A DNA stretch of 63,172 nucleotides from an uncultured Candidatus Saccharibacteria bacterium. Lineage in GTDB: Bacteria > Patescibacteriota > WWE3 > UBA101185 > 2-01-FULL-41-18. Where the stretch lies: assembly GCA_964636285.1 (NCBI GenBank), contig CAZWQF010000007.1:1-63172 (forward strand), written 5' to 3'. The translations under genes and the position numbers were made by a program. The notes below the pieces were generated by a model that had not been told where the DNA came from, did not search any database, and saw only the letters and a program-made list of their open reading frames with translations. This document shows positions 6,993-17,219 of the stretch, piece by piece. Position 1 is the stretch's first letter, and each line of letters opens with the position of its first letter.

Positions 6993-7964
6993 ATGCAAAA
7001 TAACAAAAAACTCATCTCAATAGTAATTCCTTGTTATAACGAAGAAAAGAATATTGATAGAACTTTAGATGGTCTTTTAGACATTGCTAAAAATCACCAA
7101 TATGACTTTGAAATTATCCCTGTAAATGACGGAAGTAAGGATAAAACATGGGATGTCATTGAGGAATACTCTAAGCATCATAAAAATATTGTTGGAGTGT
7201 GTCAGATGGGCAACTTTGGTCAATCTGCTGCATACCAGGCTGGGTTTGATGTATCAAAAGGGGATTACGTAATTACCGTTTCGGCGGATTTGGAAACTCC
7301 CCTTGAGGCAGTTTTGCAGGTTATAGAGTACCTTGACCAAGGGTATGACTTTGTAAATACCCATAGAACCAACAGGTGGGGAGCGGAGAGAGCTGCAAAA
7401 AGTGGGCTTGCAAATAAAATCATTCAGAAAATCTCTGGAGTTAAAATGATGGATAGGGGTTCAGGTGTCAAAGGTTTTACTAGGGTTATGATTGATAACT
7501 TCAGGCTGTATGGAGAGATGCATAGGTTTATTCCTGACTACCTGACTACATACGGAGCAAAAATGATTGAATTTGAAGTTGAATTTAAGGATAGGGATTT
7601 TGGTGTATCAGCTTACCAAGGGCATAAAAGAACCATTAAAGTTCTTCTTGATCTTGTCACATTAAAATTCATGCTTCATTTTGCTAAAAAGCCATTCACC
7701 ATGATGCCAGGAAGGTTGTTTGGCTTTACGGGCGCACTTGTTAGCATGTTAGGGTTTTTAATGATGGCGTACCTTCTAGTACTTAAAGTATTAGGTCACT
7801 CTATAGGTAACAGCCCGTTACTTATTGGAGCAACTTTGTTAATTATAGTTGGCTTACAGTCCGTTATGATGGGAATGTTTGGCGAGCTCTTAATGAGAAC
7901 CTACTTTGAGTCCTCAGGAAGAAAAACATACGCTGTTAGAAAGTACACAAACTACACTGCGTAA
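6993..7964 (+). CDS. GT2 polyprenyl-phosphate glycosyltransferase (GtrB/ArnC/DPM1-like)
   Basis: LISIVIPCYNEEKNI and VNDGSKDKT, a cytoplasmic GT-A domain, then two C-terminal TM helices (FGFTGALVSMLGFLMMAYLLVL; LLIGATLLIIVGLQSVMMGMFGELL). The DxD position reads SAD. Confidence 0.8.
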   Translation: MQNNKKLISIVIPCYNEEKNIDRTLDGLLDIAKNHQYDFEIIPVNDGSKDKTWDVIEEYSKHHKNIVGVCQMGNFGQSAAYQAGFDVSKGDYVITVSADLETPLEAVLQVIEYLDQGYDFVNTHRTNRWGAERAAKSGLANKIIQKISGVKMMDRGSGVKGFTRVMIDNFRLYGEMHRFIPDYLTTYGAKMIEFEVEFKDRDFGVSAYQGHKRTIKVLLDLVTLKFMLHFAKKPFTMMPGRLFGFTGALVSMLGFLMMAYLLVLKVLGHSIGNSPLLIGATLLIIVGLQSVMMGMFGELLMRTYFESSGRKTYAVRKYTNYTA

Positions 7965-7987
7965 CTCACCTTTGGTAGAATGACCGT

Positions 7988-9061
7988 ATGAAAATTTTAG
8001 TAACTGGAGCTGCAGGCTTTATAGGTAGCTATTTATGCAGAGCCCTTATTATGAGGGGTGATGATGTTGTTGGTTACGATAATTTTCATGAATATTACCC
8101 AAGAAAATGCAAAGAGTTCAATATAGATCTCACAAATCTGGCTTCTGGAAGGAATGTTCAATTTTTCCCAAGAAAGCTAGTTGAGCCTATTTATAACAAG
8201 CTTGATGAGTGGTCCTCCTTCCCAAAGTCGGGCAAGAGAGGATTCTATGAGTTTATTGAAGGGGATATTAGAAACTTTGAATTTCTTGAGCACATGTTTG
8301 CAAAGCATAAATTTGATGCCATTGTGCACCTAGCTGCAATGGCTGGTGTTCCACTCTCTTTAAAACAGCCAAGGCTATATACCTCAGTAAACGTTGATGG
8401 GACGATTAATTTATTAAACCTCAGTACTATTTACGGAGTTCAGAACTTTGTATTTGCATCTTCCTCCTCAGTTTATGGAAATTCTGATAATGTGCCTTTC
8501 AGAGAGGACGGAGTTGAGAACAAGCCAATATCACCGTATGCAGCAACAAAGCTTGCTGGAGAGGTGATAGGGTTCACCTTCCATCACAACTTTAAAATGC
8601 CTGTTACTTGCTTAAGGTTCTTTACAGTTTACGGCCCACTTCAGAGGCCATACGGGATGGCAATTCAGAGATTCATAAATCAAGCGTATAGAGACATGCC
8701 TTTAACAATATTTGGTGACGGTAGCATGGCGAGGGATTACACCTATGTAGAAGATATAGTGAATGGGATAGTAGGTTCAGTTGATGCTAAGCTCAGTTAT
8801 GAGATTTTTAATTTAGGTAACTCAGGCCCTGTTAAGCTTTTAGATCTAGCTGATGCAATTGAAAAAGCGATGGGAAAAAAGATAAAGATTGATTTTGTAA
8901 ACAGGCCGCCTACAGAGGTAAATATTACATACGCGGATATAAGTAAAGCAAAAAGGTTGATTGGATATCAACCAAAAACCAACATTGAGGAAGGGATTAA
9001 AAAACAAGTAGAGATGTTTTTAATGATGCCTGATTGGTATAGAAACCTACCAACATTCTAA
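7988..9061 (+). CDS. NAD-dependent epimerase/dehydratase (UDP-glucuronate 4-epimerase-like extended SDR)
   Basis: MKILVTGAAGFIGSYL, ASSSSVYG and SPYAATKLAGE (canonical YxxxK). 357 aa. Confidence 0.75.
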   Translation: MKILVTGAAGFIGSYLCRALIMRGDDVVGYDNFHEYYPRKCKEFNIDLTNLASGRNVQFFPRKLVEPIYNKLDEWSSFPKSGKRGFYEFIEGDIRNFEFLEHMFAKHKFDAIVHLAAMAGVPLSLKQPRLYTSVNVDGTINLLNLSTIYGVQNFVFASSSSVYGNSDNVPFREDGVENKPISPYAATKLAGEVIGFTFHHNFKMPVTCLRFFTVYGPLQRPYGMAIQRFINQAYRDMPLTIFGDGSMARDYTYVEDIVNGIVGSVDAKLSYEIFNLGNSGPVKLLDLADAIEKAMGKKIKIDFVNRPPTEVNITYADISKAKRLIGYQPKTNIEEGIKKQVEMFLMMPDWYRNLPTF

Positions 9062-9117
9062 TTCTTATTATCACTAAATTTGTTAGGGATTAGAAATAGA
9101 GGTATAATAGGAGAACT

Positions 9118-10077
9118 ATGGATATTTCAGTAGTAGTATGGGTACATAATAATGAGGAAACTATCCCTGAGCTTTATGCACGGCTTTCTACTGTGTTTGG
9201 AGAGCAGGACAGATCGTATGAACTTATTTTTGTAAATGATGCGTCTGGTGACGGTTCCTGGAGTCTCCTAAAGGAATTAAATAGGCAGGATCCTCACGTA
9301 AAATCTATTAATTTTAGAAGATTTTATGGGCATACCGCTGGTTTGCAGGCAGGTTTTGATGCAGCAAAAGGTGATCTTGTGTTAACTATAGGAGCTAGCC
9401 TAGAAAATAATCCTGAAGATTTATTAAACCTTATAACTCATCTTGAGGAAGGCGGTTATGACGTTGTTTGCGGTTTTAGAAGAAACAAGTGGAAAGGTAA
9501 AGCATTTAGAAAAATGGTATCAGATGTGGCAAATAAAGTTGTAAGTAAGATTGTAGGGCATGATTTCAAAGATGTAACAACGCCTGTAAGAGTAATGAGA
9601 AAAGATGTGTTGTCTCACATGAGGCTTTATGGGGATAGTCATTTATATTTACCCGCGCTTGCTACCGTTTATGGGGCAAAATTTAAAGAGGTAGACGTAG
9701 ACTATAACGCTCCAAAAGGTAAAGTGCTTCCTAATGCGGATATACTTAAACCCCATAGAACAATTTTGGATTTAATCGCTCTAAAGTTTCTTACATCGTT
9801 CTCAACAGCTCCATTTTCAACCAGCCCCATAAGGATTTTTGGTTCAGCGGGCATATTAAGTCTATTCTTTGGGATGCTTGGGCTATCTTATTTATTTTTT
9901 GATAAGTTTTATTATGCTCACGAGATAGGTAGCAGGCCTTTGCTTTTGGTTGCTGTAGTGCTGATACTGATAGGGGTTCAGTTTATAGTCATGGGGCTTT
10001 TAGGAGAGCTTCTTACAAGAATTTACTTTGAATCTCAAAACAAAAAAACATATGCAATTAAAGAGCAGGTTCAATAA
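9118..10077 (+). CDS. GT2 polyprenyl-phosphate glycosyltransferase paralog (GtrB/ArnC-like) with the DxD position replaced by GAS
   Basis: VNDASGDGS and GFDAAKGDLV, with two C-terminal TM helices, in the same architecture as 6993-7964. The segment aligned to DADLQ reads GASLENNPED. Confidence 0.7.
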   Translation: MDISVVVWVHNNEETIPELYARLSTVFGEQDRSYELIFVNDASGDGSWSLLKELNRQDPHVKSINFRRFYGHTAGLQAGFDAAKGDLVLTIGASLENNPEDLLNLITHLEEGGYDVVCGFRRNKWKGKAFRKMVSDVANKVVSKIVGHDFKDVTTPVRVMRKDVLSHMRLYGDSHLYLPALATVYGAKFKEVDVDYNAPKGKVLPNADILKPHRTILDLIALKFLTSFSTAPFSTSPIRIFGSAGILSLFFGMLGLSYLFFDKFYYAHEIGSRPLLLVAVVLILIGVQFIVMGLLGELLTRIYFESQNKKTYAIKEQVQ

Positions 10078-10079
10078 GT

Positions 10080-11246
10080 ATGAAAAAAGTATTATATTAC
10101 CTCTCAACCTTTCCAGTATTTAGCCAAACCTTTATTACGCGTGAGATTGAAGGGCTTGTTGCTGGTGGAAAAATTGATGTTCAAATTTTATCTCTTGAGC
10201 AAGGAAATAAAGCAACTATTCCAAACTCTCTTAGAGACAGAGTTCATTACTTCAAAAAACCAAAAGGACAAAGAGTTGTTGATGGGCTAAAATTCGCTCT
10301 GCTAAATCCCGTGCTTTTTGCTAAAGTTTTAATCAAGTACATTGATAGGCCGTTATCAGTAGGCACAGCCATTTCAATGTTACCTTTAGTTAAAAGCCTT
10401 AAGCCGGATTTAATCCATGCAAACTGGATAACAGAAGGTGGGCTCATGGCCAATATTATTTCGGATCTAACTGGCATTCCATATAGCATTGAGTGTCATG
10501 CTGAGGATATTTGGCTATCAAGCCCCCAGGATATAGTAAAAAGAGTTACAAGTGCAAAGTTTGTTCTTACCTGTACCAAATTTAACAAAGACTATCTACA
10601 AAAGTTTCTTGATAAGCATCTTTGGGACAAAGTAAAAACTATCTACCATCATCTAGAGGGTGACACTTTTGGTGGAAGGACAACAACCTTCAATGAAATC
10701 CCAGTAATCTACCTGGTTGGAAGAATGGTAGAAAAGAAGGGTTTTTCATACTTTATACACGCAGCTAGGATTTTGAAGGACAAAGGGTTAAAGTTTAAAG
10801 CAAGATTTGCAGGTGATGCGGGCACAGAGCGTTCAAAGCTTGAAGCTTTAACTAATGAGCTTGGATTAACCGAGTACATAACGTTTACTGGTGAGGTTTT
10901 GTTTAATGAGCATTCGCACAACTATCTAGAGTCAGACATTTTTGTAATGCCGAGTATAAAGCCAAGTAATGGAAACCTTGATGGCATTCCGAATGTAATT
11001 GTTGAGGCAATGCTTGCGGGCCTACCAGTTGTTGCAACAAATGTGAGCGCAATCCCTGAACTAATAGAAGATGGAAAAACTGGTTTCCTTATTAACCAAA
11101 AAGATGAGAAAATGTTAGCAGATAGACTTGAGATTCTTATTAGAGACAAGCAAAAGAGAGTAGAGTTTGGCAAACTAGGCAGAGAGAAAGTCTTAAAAAT
11201 GTTTGACACTATTCACCTTGTTGAAGAATCTTTAAGCTCCATCTAA
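10080..11246 (+). CDS. GT4-family (GT-B, group 1) glycosyltransferase
   Basis: C-terminal signature DGIPNVIVEAMLAGLPVVATNVSAIPELIEDGKTGFL (E-x7-E region). Confidence 0.8.
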   Translation: MKKVLYYLSTFPVFSQTFITREIEGLVAGGKIDVQILSLEQGNKATIPNSLRDRVHYFKKPKGQRVVDGLKFALLNPVLFAKVLIKYIDRPLSVGTAISMLPLVKSLKPDLIHANWITEGGLMANIISDLTGIPYSIECHAEDIWLSSPQDIVKRVTSAKFVLTCTKFNKDYLQKFLDKHLWDKVKTIYHHLEGDTFGGRTTTFNEIPVIYLVGRMVEKKGFSYFIHAARILKDKGLKFKARFAGDAGTERSKLEALTNELGLTEYITFTGEVLFNEHSHNYLESDIFVMPSIKPSNGNLDGIPNVIVEAMLAGLPVVATNVSAIPELIEDGKTGFLINQKDEKMLADRLEILIRDKQKRVEFGKLGREKVLKMFDTIHLVEESLSSI

Positions 11247-11254
11247 TAAAGTTC

Positions 11255-12454
11255 ATGCGTATAGCCATTATTATCAAATCAACTACCTTTCATAAAAACC
11301 ATGGAGGCATGGAAGTCCAAAATAGAATCTTAGCCGAAGGGCTTGCCGAAAGAGGCAATCAGGTTGTTGTATACAGCCCTAAAGCCGAAATGCAGTTTAT
11401 GAACAAGATCGATCATAAAGTTTTGTACAGATTTGTAGATTCTCCCTATAAAAATAACAATATACTTCAAAGCATCTTTAACATAAACGTTAAGGGTACT
11501 TGGTACAATAAAAGCTTCCATGAGTTTAAAAAAGACCACGATGCAAGCCCTTACGATGTGGTGATAAGCCAAAGCTCAGCTGGTCTTGGAATTATAAGGA
11601 AAAAAGAAGAGCTCAAAATTAAAGTGATATCGATTGCACATGGGACAATGATGTCCGACTTTAAAACTCTTCTAAATAGGCCAAAAACAATCATTTCATT
11701 ACTTAAAATTGCCAAAGATTATGAGTATGCGATTCGTACTATGCTAACAAGGCAAAAAGAATTCATCTTAAAGTCAGATATAGTTGTTGCTGTATCAAAG
11801 CACGTAAAAAAGAATGTGATTTTAGAGACTGGTGTTGAACCAGAAAACGTTCAGGTTATTTATAATGGGGTTAAGGAACCTGAACTTAATTTAAACCTTA
11901 GAAACACATATCCTGCGCCTATTTTGTATGTTGGTAGGGTTGAAGAGGATAAAGGCCTTTTTGAGCTTATTCGATTATTTAATAAGGTCACAGAGACCAC
12001 AAAATATGATCTTAAGCTTGCAATTGTAGGAGAGGGTACGGCTACTCAGAGGTTAAAGGATCTAGCAGAAAGTTTAAAATGCCAAGACAAAGTTGTATTT
12101 GCTGGGTACTTAAATGGGGATGCTTTGCTGGAATACTACGCAAAGGCTAGAATTTTTGTTCTTCCCACAAAAAGAATTGAAGGCTTTCCAGTAACCTTAC
12201 CTGAAGCAATGTTTGCAGGACTTCCGATTGTTGCAATGGATATGGGAGGTGTGAGAGAAGGCGTCTTTGATAGCGAAACAGGCTACCTAATAAATGCGGG
12301 GGACTTTGAAACTTTTGAGAAAAAGGTGGAACTTCTTGTTAAAGATGCCGACTTAAGGCAAACACTGGGTGAAAACTCAAGAAAGAAGGCCCGCTCTTTA
12401 TTTTCGGAAGCAAAAATGATTGATAGCTATCTTGAGTTAATAGTAAGGCTGTAG
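11255..12454 (+). CDS. GT4-family glycosyltransferase
   Basis: IEGFPVTLPEAMFAGLPIVAMDMGGVREGVFDSETGYL. Confidence 0.8.
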   Translation: MRIAIIIKSTTFHKNHGGMEVQNRILAEGLAERGNQVVVYSPKAEMQFMNKIDHKVLYRFVDSPYKNNNILQSIFNINVKGTWYNKSFHEFKKDHDASPYDVVISQSSAGLGIIRKKEELKIKVISIAHGTMMSDFKTLLNRPKTIISLLKIAKDYEYAIRTMLTRQKEFILKSDIVVAVSKHVKKNVILETGVEPENVQVIYNGVKEPELNLNLRNTYPAPILYVGRVEEDKGLFELIRLFNKVTETTKYDLKLAIVGEGTATQRLKDLAESLKCQDKVVFAGYLNGDALLEYYAKARIFVLPTKRIEGFPVTLPEAMFAGLPIVAMDMGGVREGVFDSETGYLINAGDFETFEKKVELLVKDADLRQTLGENSRKKARSLFSEAKMIDSYLELIVRL

Positions 12455-12456
12455 AT

Positions 12457-13620
12457 ATGAAATTATTAAGACTTGTATATGAATGGCCTCCACCTTGGAT
12501 TGGACTTACTCCAGCGCCATATGAGCTAACTAGAGCGCAAGCTAAGCTTGGGTATGACATTGATGTTCTATGTGGAAGATGGCCAAAAGCGGGCGAACTA
12601 CAAAAAGTTGAAGGGGTGAATGTCAAAAGTTTTTACAGAGAACCCATAAGGGCAACTATGTTACTAACTGTAGCACCAGTGGTGACTCTTTATTTAATTT
12701 TTTGGAAGCTGTTTCATAAGGTTGATGTGTATCATGTGCATGGTCATTTTGGGCTTTATTTCTATATTTATAAGCTTATATTTGGATTTTTAGACAAGAC
12801 TCCGGTTGTTGCCCACTACCACATTTGTGTAAAAGCGCGCTGGGAAGAATCAAAGAAGACTGGAAAGAAGATAAATTTTATAAGTAGGTACATAGACTGG
12901 CCCTTGGCTTTGTTGTCAGATAACTTAGCTTTAAAGGTAGCAAAATTCTATGTTTTTGTAGGAGAAAAGGTTAAAAATGACGTTGTTAGCTATTACAACG
13001 CAGATCCAGCAAAATGTTTGGTTGTAGAGTCAGGTGTAAATCCTGATGCCTTCTACAGACCAATGGACGAAGAGAAACTAAAGCTTAAGAAAGATCTTGG
13101 TTACACTGCTGAGGATGTTGTTATCTGTAACCTTGGATTTCTTGTTGAGAGAAAAAATATCCACCTGCTAATTGAGTCCTTGAAGCACCTTCCTGAGAAT
13201 TTTAAGCTTCTTCTGGTGGGTAAAGCTGAATCAAAATATAATGAGAGGCTTAAGCAGATTATTGAAAGTAACAAACTTGAGGATAGAGTGAAGTTCGCGG
13301 GTGAGCAAGATTATCCTGACGTGCCTAGGTTTTTTAGGGCTTCTGATATTTTTTGCTTGCCTTCGGTCTACGAAGGTTTTCCAAAAGTAGTTCTTGAGGC
13401 GTTAGCGTGTGGCGTTCCTACTGTTGCATCAGGATTTAAGGTTCCTCAAATTGATGGCCTTTTTGAACTGAAGGAGTTTGATTCAAAAGTACTCTCAGAC
13501 CTGCTTTTAATAGCGTATAAAAACAAAGAGAATGTTGATTCCGAAAAGGTAAGAAATGAGTATTCTTGGAATCAAAGAGCGGAGGTTTTAGACAAGGTTT
13601 ATAAAGAAATTATAAAGTAG
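12457..13620 (+). CDS. GT4-family glycosyltransferase
   Basis: YEGFPKVVLEALACGVPTVAS and LVERKNIHLLIESL. Confidence 0.8.
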   Translation: MKLLRLVYEWPPPWIGLTPAPYELTRAQAKLGYDIDVLCGRWPKAGELQKVEGVNVKSFYREPIRATMLLTVAPVVTLYLIFWKLFHKVDVYHVHGHFGLYFYIYKLIFGFLDKTPVVAHYHICVKARWEESKKTGKKINFISRYIDWPLALLSDNLALKVAKFYVFVGEKVKNDVVSYYNADPAKCLVVESGVNPDAFYRPMDEEKLKLKKDLGYTAEDVVICNLGFLVERKNIHLLIESLKHLPENFKLLLVGKAESKYNERLKQIIESNKLEDRVKFAGEQDYPDVPRFFRASDIFCLPSVYEGFPKVVLEALACGVPTVASGFKVPQIDGLFELKEFDSKVLSDLLLIAYKNKENVDSEKVRNEYSWNQRAEVLDKVYKEIIK

Positions 13621-13621
13621 T

Positions 13622-15736
13622 ATGAAGAGCTTTCTTAGTAAGGTTAACACTTTTATAAAAAATAATTTCCAGTTGATATTGCTTACTCTAGTTTGCTTTG
13701 TGATCTTTTTTGTTTCTGTAAAAGTTACGCTCTTTAGATATTCAAATTTTGAATTTGGAAAATTTGATTTAGGGAACATGGGTCAGATGGTATACAACAC
13801 AATGAATGGCAGATTCTTGGAGGTCACAGATTATTTTGGTGAGAATATGCCAAGGTGGGGAATGAGCCATGTCGACCCTTTCCTAATACTTTTTGTTCCT
13901 GCATATTTCTTTTTTCCGGATGCTAGAGTGCTTGTGGTTTCACAGCTTGCATTGGTTATTTTTTCTGCAGTAATTTTATTTTTTATCTCAAACTTCTTGC
14001 TTAAATCAAAAACTTCTGCCCTTTTTATAGGGCTTGCCTATTTATTTTATCCAGCAAATGGTTATCTTCTTGCCTGGACAGGTTTTCATAGTGTTACCGC
14101 AGTCATCCCCTTCTTCCTACTTGCTTTTCTTACGTTTGAAAAAATGCATGATTCCAAAATCTTTTCCAAAAAAAGCCTAACTCTCTTTTATTTACTTCTA
14201 ATAATTACAATGTCAGGAAAAGAACAAATTTCATTGATTGTGGCAATGTACGGAGTATTTATTTTACTATTTAGAGGTCATAAAAAGGTTGCTTTAAGTC
14301 TAATTGTTGGAGGGGTACTTTGGTTTATAGCCTGTTTTTTTTACATAATTCCAAGTTCTGCACATTATCGAATTGATGGGTATAAAGAATTTGCAAAAAG
14401 TGTGGGTCTTGATCAGACTCCTCAGAAAGATGTATTAAACTCAAATTATTTTATTGGAAGGTACGATGAATTTGGAAATTCAATCAGCGAAGTTGTGACA
14501 AATATCATCTTAAATCCTGTGAAGGTTGTGGATGTATTTTTTTCAGGAGACAAAAAGGAAAACTTCACAATGACGTTCCTGCCTGTTCTTTTTCTCCCGT
14601 TTTTTGCAATTCCCGTAATGGCAATTGCATCTCCAGACATATTAATTAATTACATGACAACCTCTGGTGGGATAGGGACATCAGAAATATTTAATCATAG
14701 GATAAGCATGATAATTCCTTTGATCTTTCTTTCAGTTATATTTTCAATTTTGCTTTTTCAGAATCTTGGGAAAAAAATATTTAAGGAAAAATCTAATGTA
14801 ATAATATTTATACCTGTAGTGTTTTCTCTGGCCATTTTACTTTCGAATTTATATTATTCCGATAAATATCAAAACCCGATTATGCTTTGGTTTACACAAT
14901 CTCTTGGAAGAAGACTTGCTTATCAAGAAAACATGGTTTTTGCTAAGGATGCTCCAACTGAACAGGCTCAGGATTCAAAGGATTATAAAGTGGGAGACAA
15001 GGTTAAAATTAATAAACTTGAAGTTAAAGATATGACTTGCTTCAATTCCGCAATTGCTCTAGTTCCTGAGGACGCAAGCGTTTCCGCTCCTGATTACCTA
15101 GGTGCACATCTATCATCCAGAAGAGTTAATGCCCTATTCCCCGCTAATTTTGAAAGCGCTGATTACGTGTTAGTTGATATTTTTTCTAAAAAAGTTGCAA
15201 CCATTCTAGGGGTTGACCCAAGAATAGTTAACAATGCAGTTGGAAAACTTGTTAAAAATCCAGAGTACAAACTTATTTATTCATGTTCTAACTTATTTGT
15301 CTTTAAAAAAGGAGGAATAAGAGAAGTATCCAGTATGCTTCCTTTACAAGAGGAATTTACTTATCCGGAAAAATATAATTTAAATATTTCTCAAAGTTTG
15401 TATGTTGTTGACTTTGCGCTTCCTTCAAAAATTAATAGGAACACTGAGTTTGCACTAGGAATTACATATAAGAAAGACGGTGGGGATTCGTTAAACTCTT
15501 ATAATCTTTATACATCTTTTAGAAATAAAGACACGGGGGAATTGGTACAAATTGCCAACCTACCTTCATTTGGAATTCATCCTGTAACAGATTGGGATAG
15601 CGATACCTATTATATTGAAGACAACCGTTTTGTAATTCCAGAAACAGCTGAGAATGGATTATATGATGTGTTTATTGGTATGACCAATGGGATAAAAACG
15701 TCCAACATTTATTTAGGGTCAGTTAATGTTGAATAA
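13622..15736 (+). CDS. DUF2079-like polytopic membrane protein with a large C-terminal extracytoplasmic domain (GT-C-like candidate)
   Basis: First-loop motif FGKFDLGNMGQMVYN resembles the DLGIFDQ signature of DUF2079. At least 10 hydrophobic segments are followed by about 250 hydrophilic residues. Confidence 0.55.
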   Translation: MKSFLSKVNTFIKNNFQLILLTLVCFVIFFVSVKVTLFRYSNFEFGKFDLGNMGQMVYNTMNGRFLEVTDYFGENMPRWGMSHVDPFLILFVPAYFFFPDARVLVVSQLALVIFSAVILFFISNFLLKSKTSALFIGLAYLFYPANGYLLAWTGFHSVTAVIPFFLLAFLTFEKMHDSKIFSKKSLTLFYLLLIITMSGKEQISLIVAMYGVFILLFRGHKKVALSLIVGGVLWFIACFFYIIPSSAHYRIDGYKEFAKSVGLDQTPQKDVLNSNYFIGRYDEFGNSISEVVTNIILNPVKVVDVFFSGDKKENFTMTFLPVLFLPFFAIPVMAIASPDILINYMTTSGGIGTSEIFNHRISMIIPLIFLSVIFSILLFQNLGKKIFKEKSNVIIFIPVVFSLAILLSNLYYSDKYQNPIMLWFTQSLGRRLAYQENMVFAKDAPTEQAQDSKDYKVGDKVKINKLEVKDMTCFNSAIALVPEDASVSAPDYLGAHLSSRRVNALFPANFESADYVLVDIFSKKVATILGVDPRIVNNAVGKLVKNPEYKLIYSCSNLFVFKKGGIREVSSMLPLQEEFTYPEKYNLNISQSLYVVDFALPSKINRNTEFALGITYKKDGGDSLNSYNLYTSFRNKDTGELVQIANLPSFGIHPVTDWDSDTYYIEDNRFVIPETAENGLYDVFIGMTNGIKTSNIYLGSVNVE

Positions 15737-17219
15737 ATATAAATCAAAAATTATCTTACTTTTTGTACTTATCTCATCAGCAGTCTTAAGATTTGTTAAT
15801 TTAGGCTATTCTGAATTTCAAGGTGATGAAATCAGGGCACTATACTTAAAATCTTCAGGCCCATTGCTTGAGCACCTATTTACACAAAAAAAGGGACCCG
15901 CTCAATTTGTAATTACATTTATAATGAATGAGTTATTCAGATTGTACTCAGAATTTTGGCTAAGAGTGCCCTTTGCTTTAGTGGGTCTTGCTTGTGTTGT
16001 TGTTTTATATTATCTGGTTAAAGAATTATATGGGAAAAAAGCTGGAATTTTGGCAGCAACATTGTTATCAATAAACGGTTTTTTTGTTGCATTTTCTAGA
16101 ATTGTTCAATATCAGAGTTTAGTGATCTTTTTCACACTTCTAACCGCTTTTTTTCTTGTAAAACTTAATAGTACAAAAAGCATTAAGTATATGTACTTTG
16201 CGTCAATTTCTGCTGGGCTTGGTCTTTTAAGCCACTATGATATAGCTTTTGCAAGTTTGTACTTTTTTTATTTGCTCGGTACATATGTTTACTCTCAATG
16301 GAAAAGTGGTGCTTCCCTAAAGAATATGTTTTTCAACTTGTTTTTAGCAGCTTTTATTTTTTTGTTAATTACTTCCACATTCTACGTACCATTTATACTT
16401 CACCAGTCATCTCAAAACACAACCTCTTATTTGTTCATGAGAATTAATGGTGCAGATGGAGGGAAAAAAATTACAGATACTTTCATTACTTACCTGATAT
16501 ATAACCCTTTAACTTCGTTTTATATTCTCCTTTCAGTCGCACTCCTATCGTTTCTTTTTAGCTTTAAGAAGTCTCTTCCGTTAATTCTTTGGTTTCTTCC
16601 TCCCTTTGTTATGATGAATTTTTATGTCTCCATCCCAGGTACTCACATTTATACTTATGTAATTCCTGTAATAGTTGCAAGTTCGCTTGCGGTAGTTTCA
16701 TTAATTAATAAAATCTCGATTACAGCACTTAAAGGATTGGTAATTCTACCTGTTATTGGCTTCATTTTGCTGAGCTACATTCAAGTTTTCTCTATTTTTG
16801 TAGACCATACGCCTGAGTATCCTTGGAACACAAAGAAAGTACTTTTTTGGCCTGTCTCATTGCCTGATAAGAGGTACCACCTTAGTTTGTTTGGATTTCC
16901 ATATTACAGAGAGCTTGAGGAGATGAATAAGGCAGCTTTAAGCAGAGGGGGGATTGTAAGCATTAATTCGAATGAAGGATCCAAAATAATCAGGTATTAT
17001 ATAGATCTGAAAGAACCTTTTTTAGCTAAATACGATGCATACTTATATGTTTATGGGGCTCAAAGTCACGTTAAAAGTAAGAGTAGTAAGGTTAAGGGTC
17101 TAGAACCAACCAAGGTGTTTGAAGGTCCAAGTGGGGTGCTTTCAGAGCTTTACTTAATTGAAAGGCCAGAAGTTAAGGGAGTGGAAACACAGCAGATTTT
17201 GGAGGAACAAAGTGAGTAA
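15726..17219 (+). CDS. ArnT/PMT-like GT-C membrane glycosyltransferase (GT39/GT83-type)
   Basis: N-terminal TM, then a GDE-containing first loop (EFQGDEIRAL). RVPFALVGLACVVVLYYLVKELYGKKAGILAATLL is typical of ArnT-like proteins. Polytopic. Confidence 0.65.
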   Translation: MLNKYKSKIILLFVLISSAVLRFVNLGYSEFQGDEIRALYLKSSGPLLEHLFTQKKGPAQFVITFIMNELFRLYSEFWLRVPFALVGLACVVVLYYLVKELYGKKAGILAATLLSINGFFVAFSRIVQYQSLVIFFTLLTAFFLVKLNSTKSIKYMYFASISAGLGLLSHYDIAFASLYFFYLLGTYVYSQWKSGASLKNMFFNLFLAAFIFLLITSTFYVPFILHQSSQNTTSYLFMRINGADGGKKITDTFITYLIYNPLTSFYILLSVALLSFLFSFKKSLPLILWFLPPFVMMNFYVSIPGTHIYTYVIPVIVASSLAVVSLINKISITALKGLVILPVIGFILLSYIQVFSIFVDHTPEYPWNTKKVLFWPVSLPDKRYHLSLFGFPYYRELEEMNKAALSRGGIVSINSNEGSKIIRYYIDLKEPFLAKYDAYLYVYGAQSHVKSKSSKVKGLEPTKVFEGPSGVLSELYLIERPEVKGVETQQILEEQSE

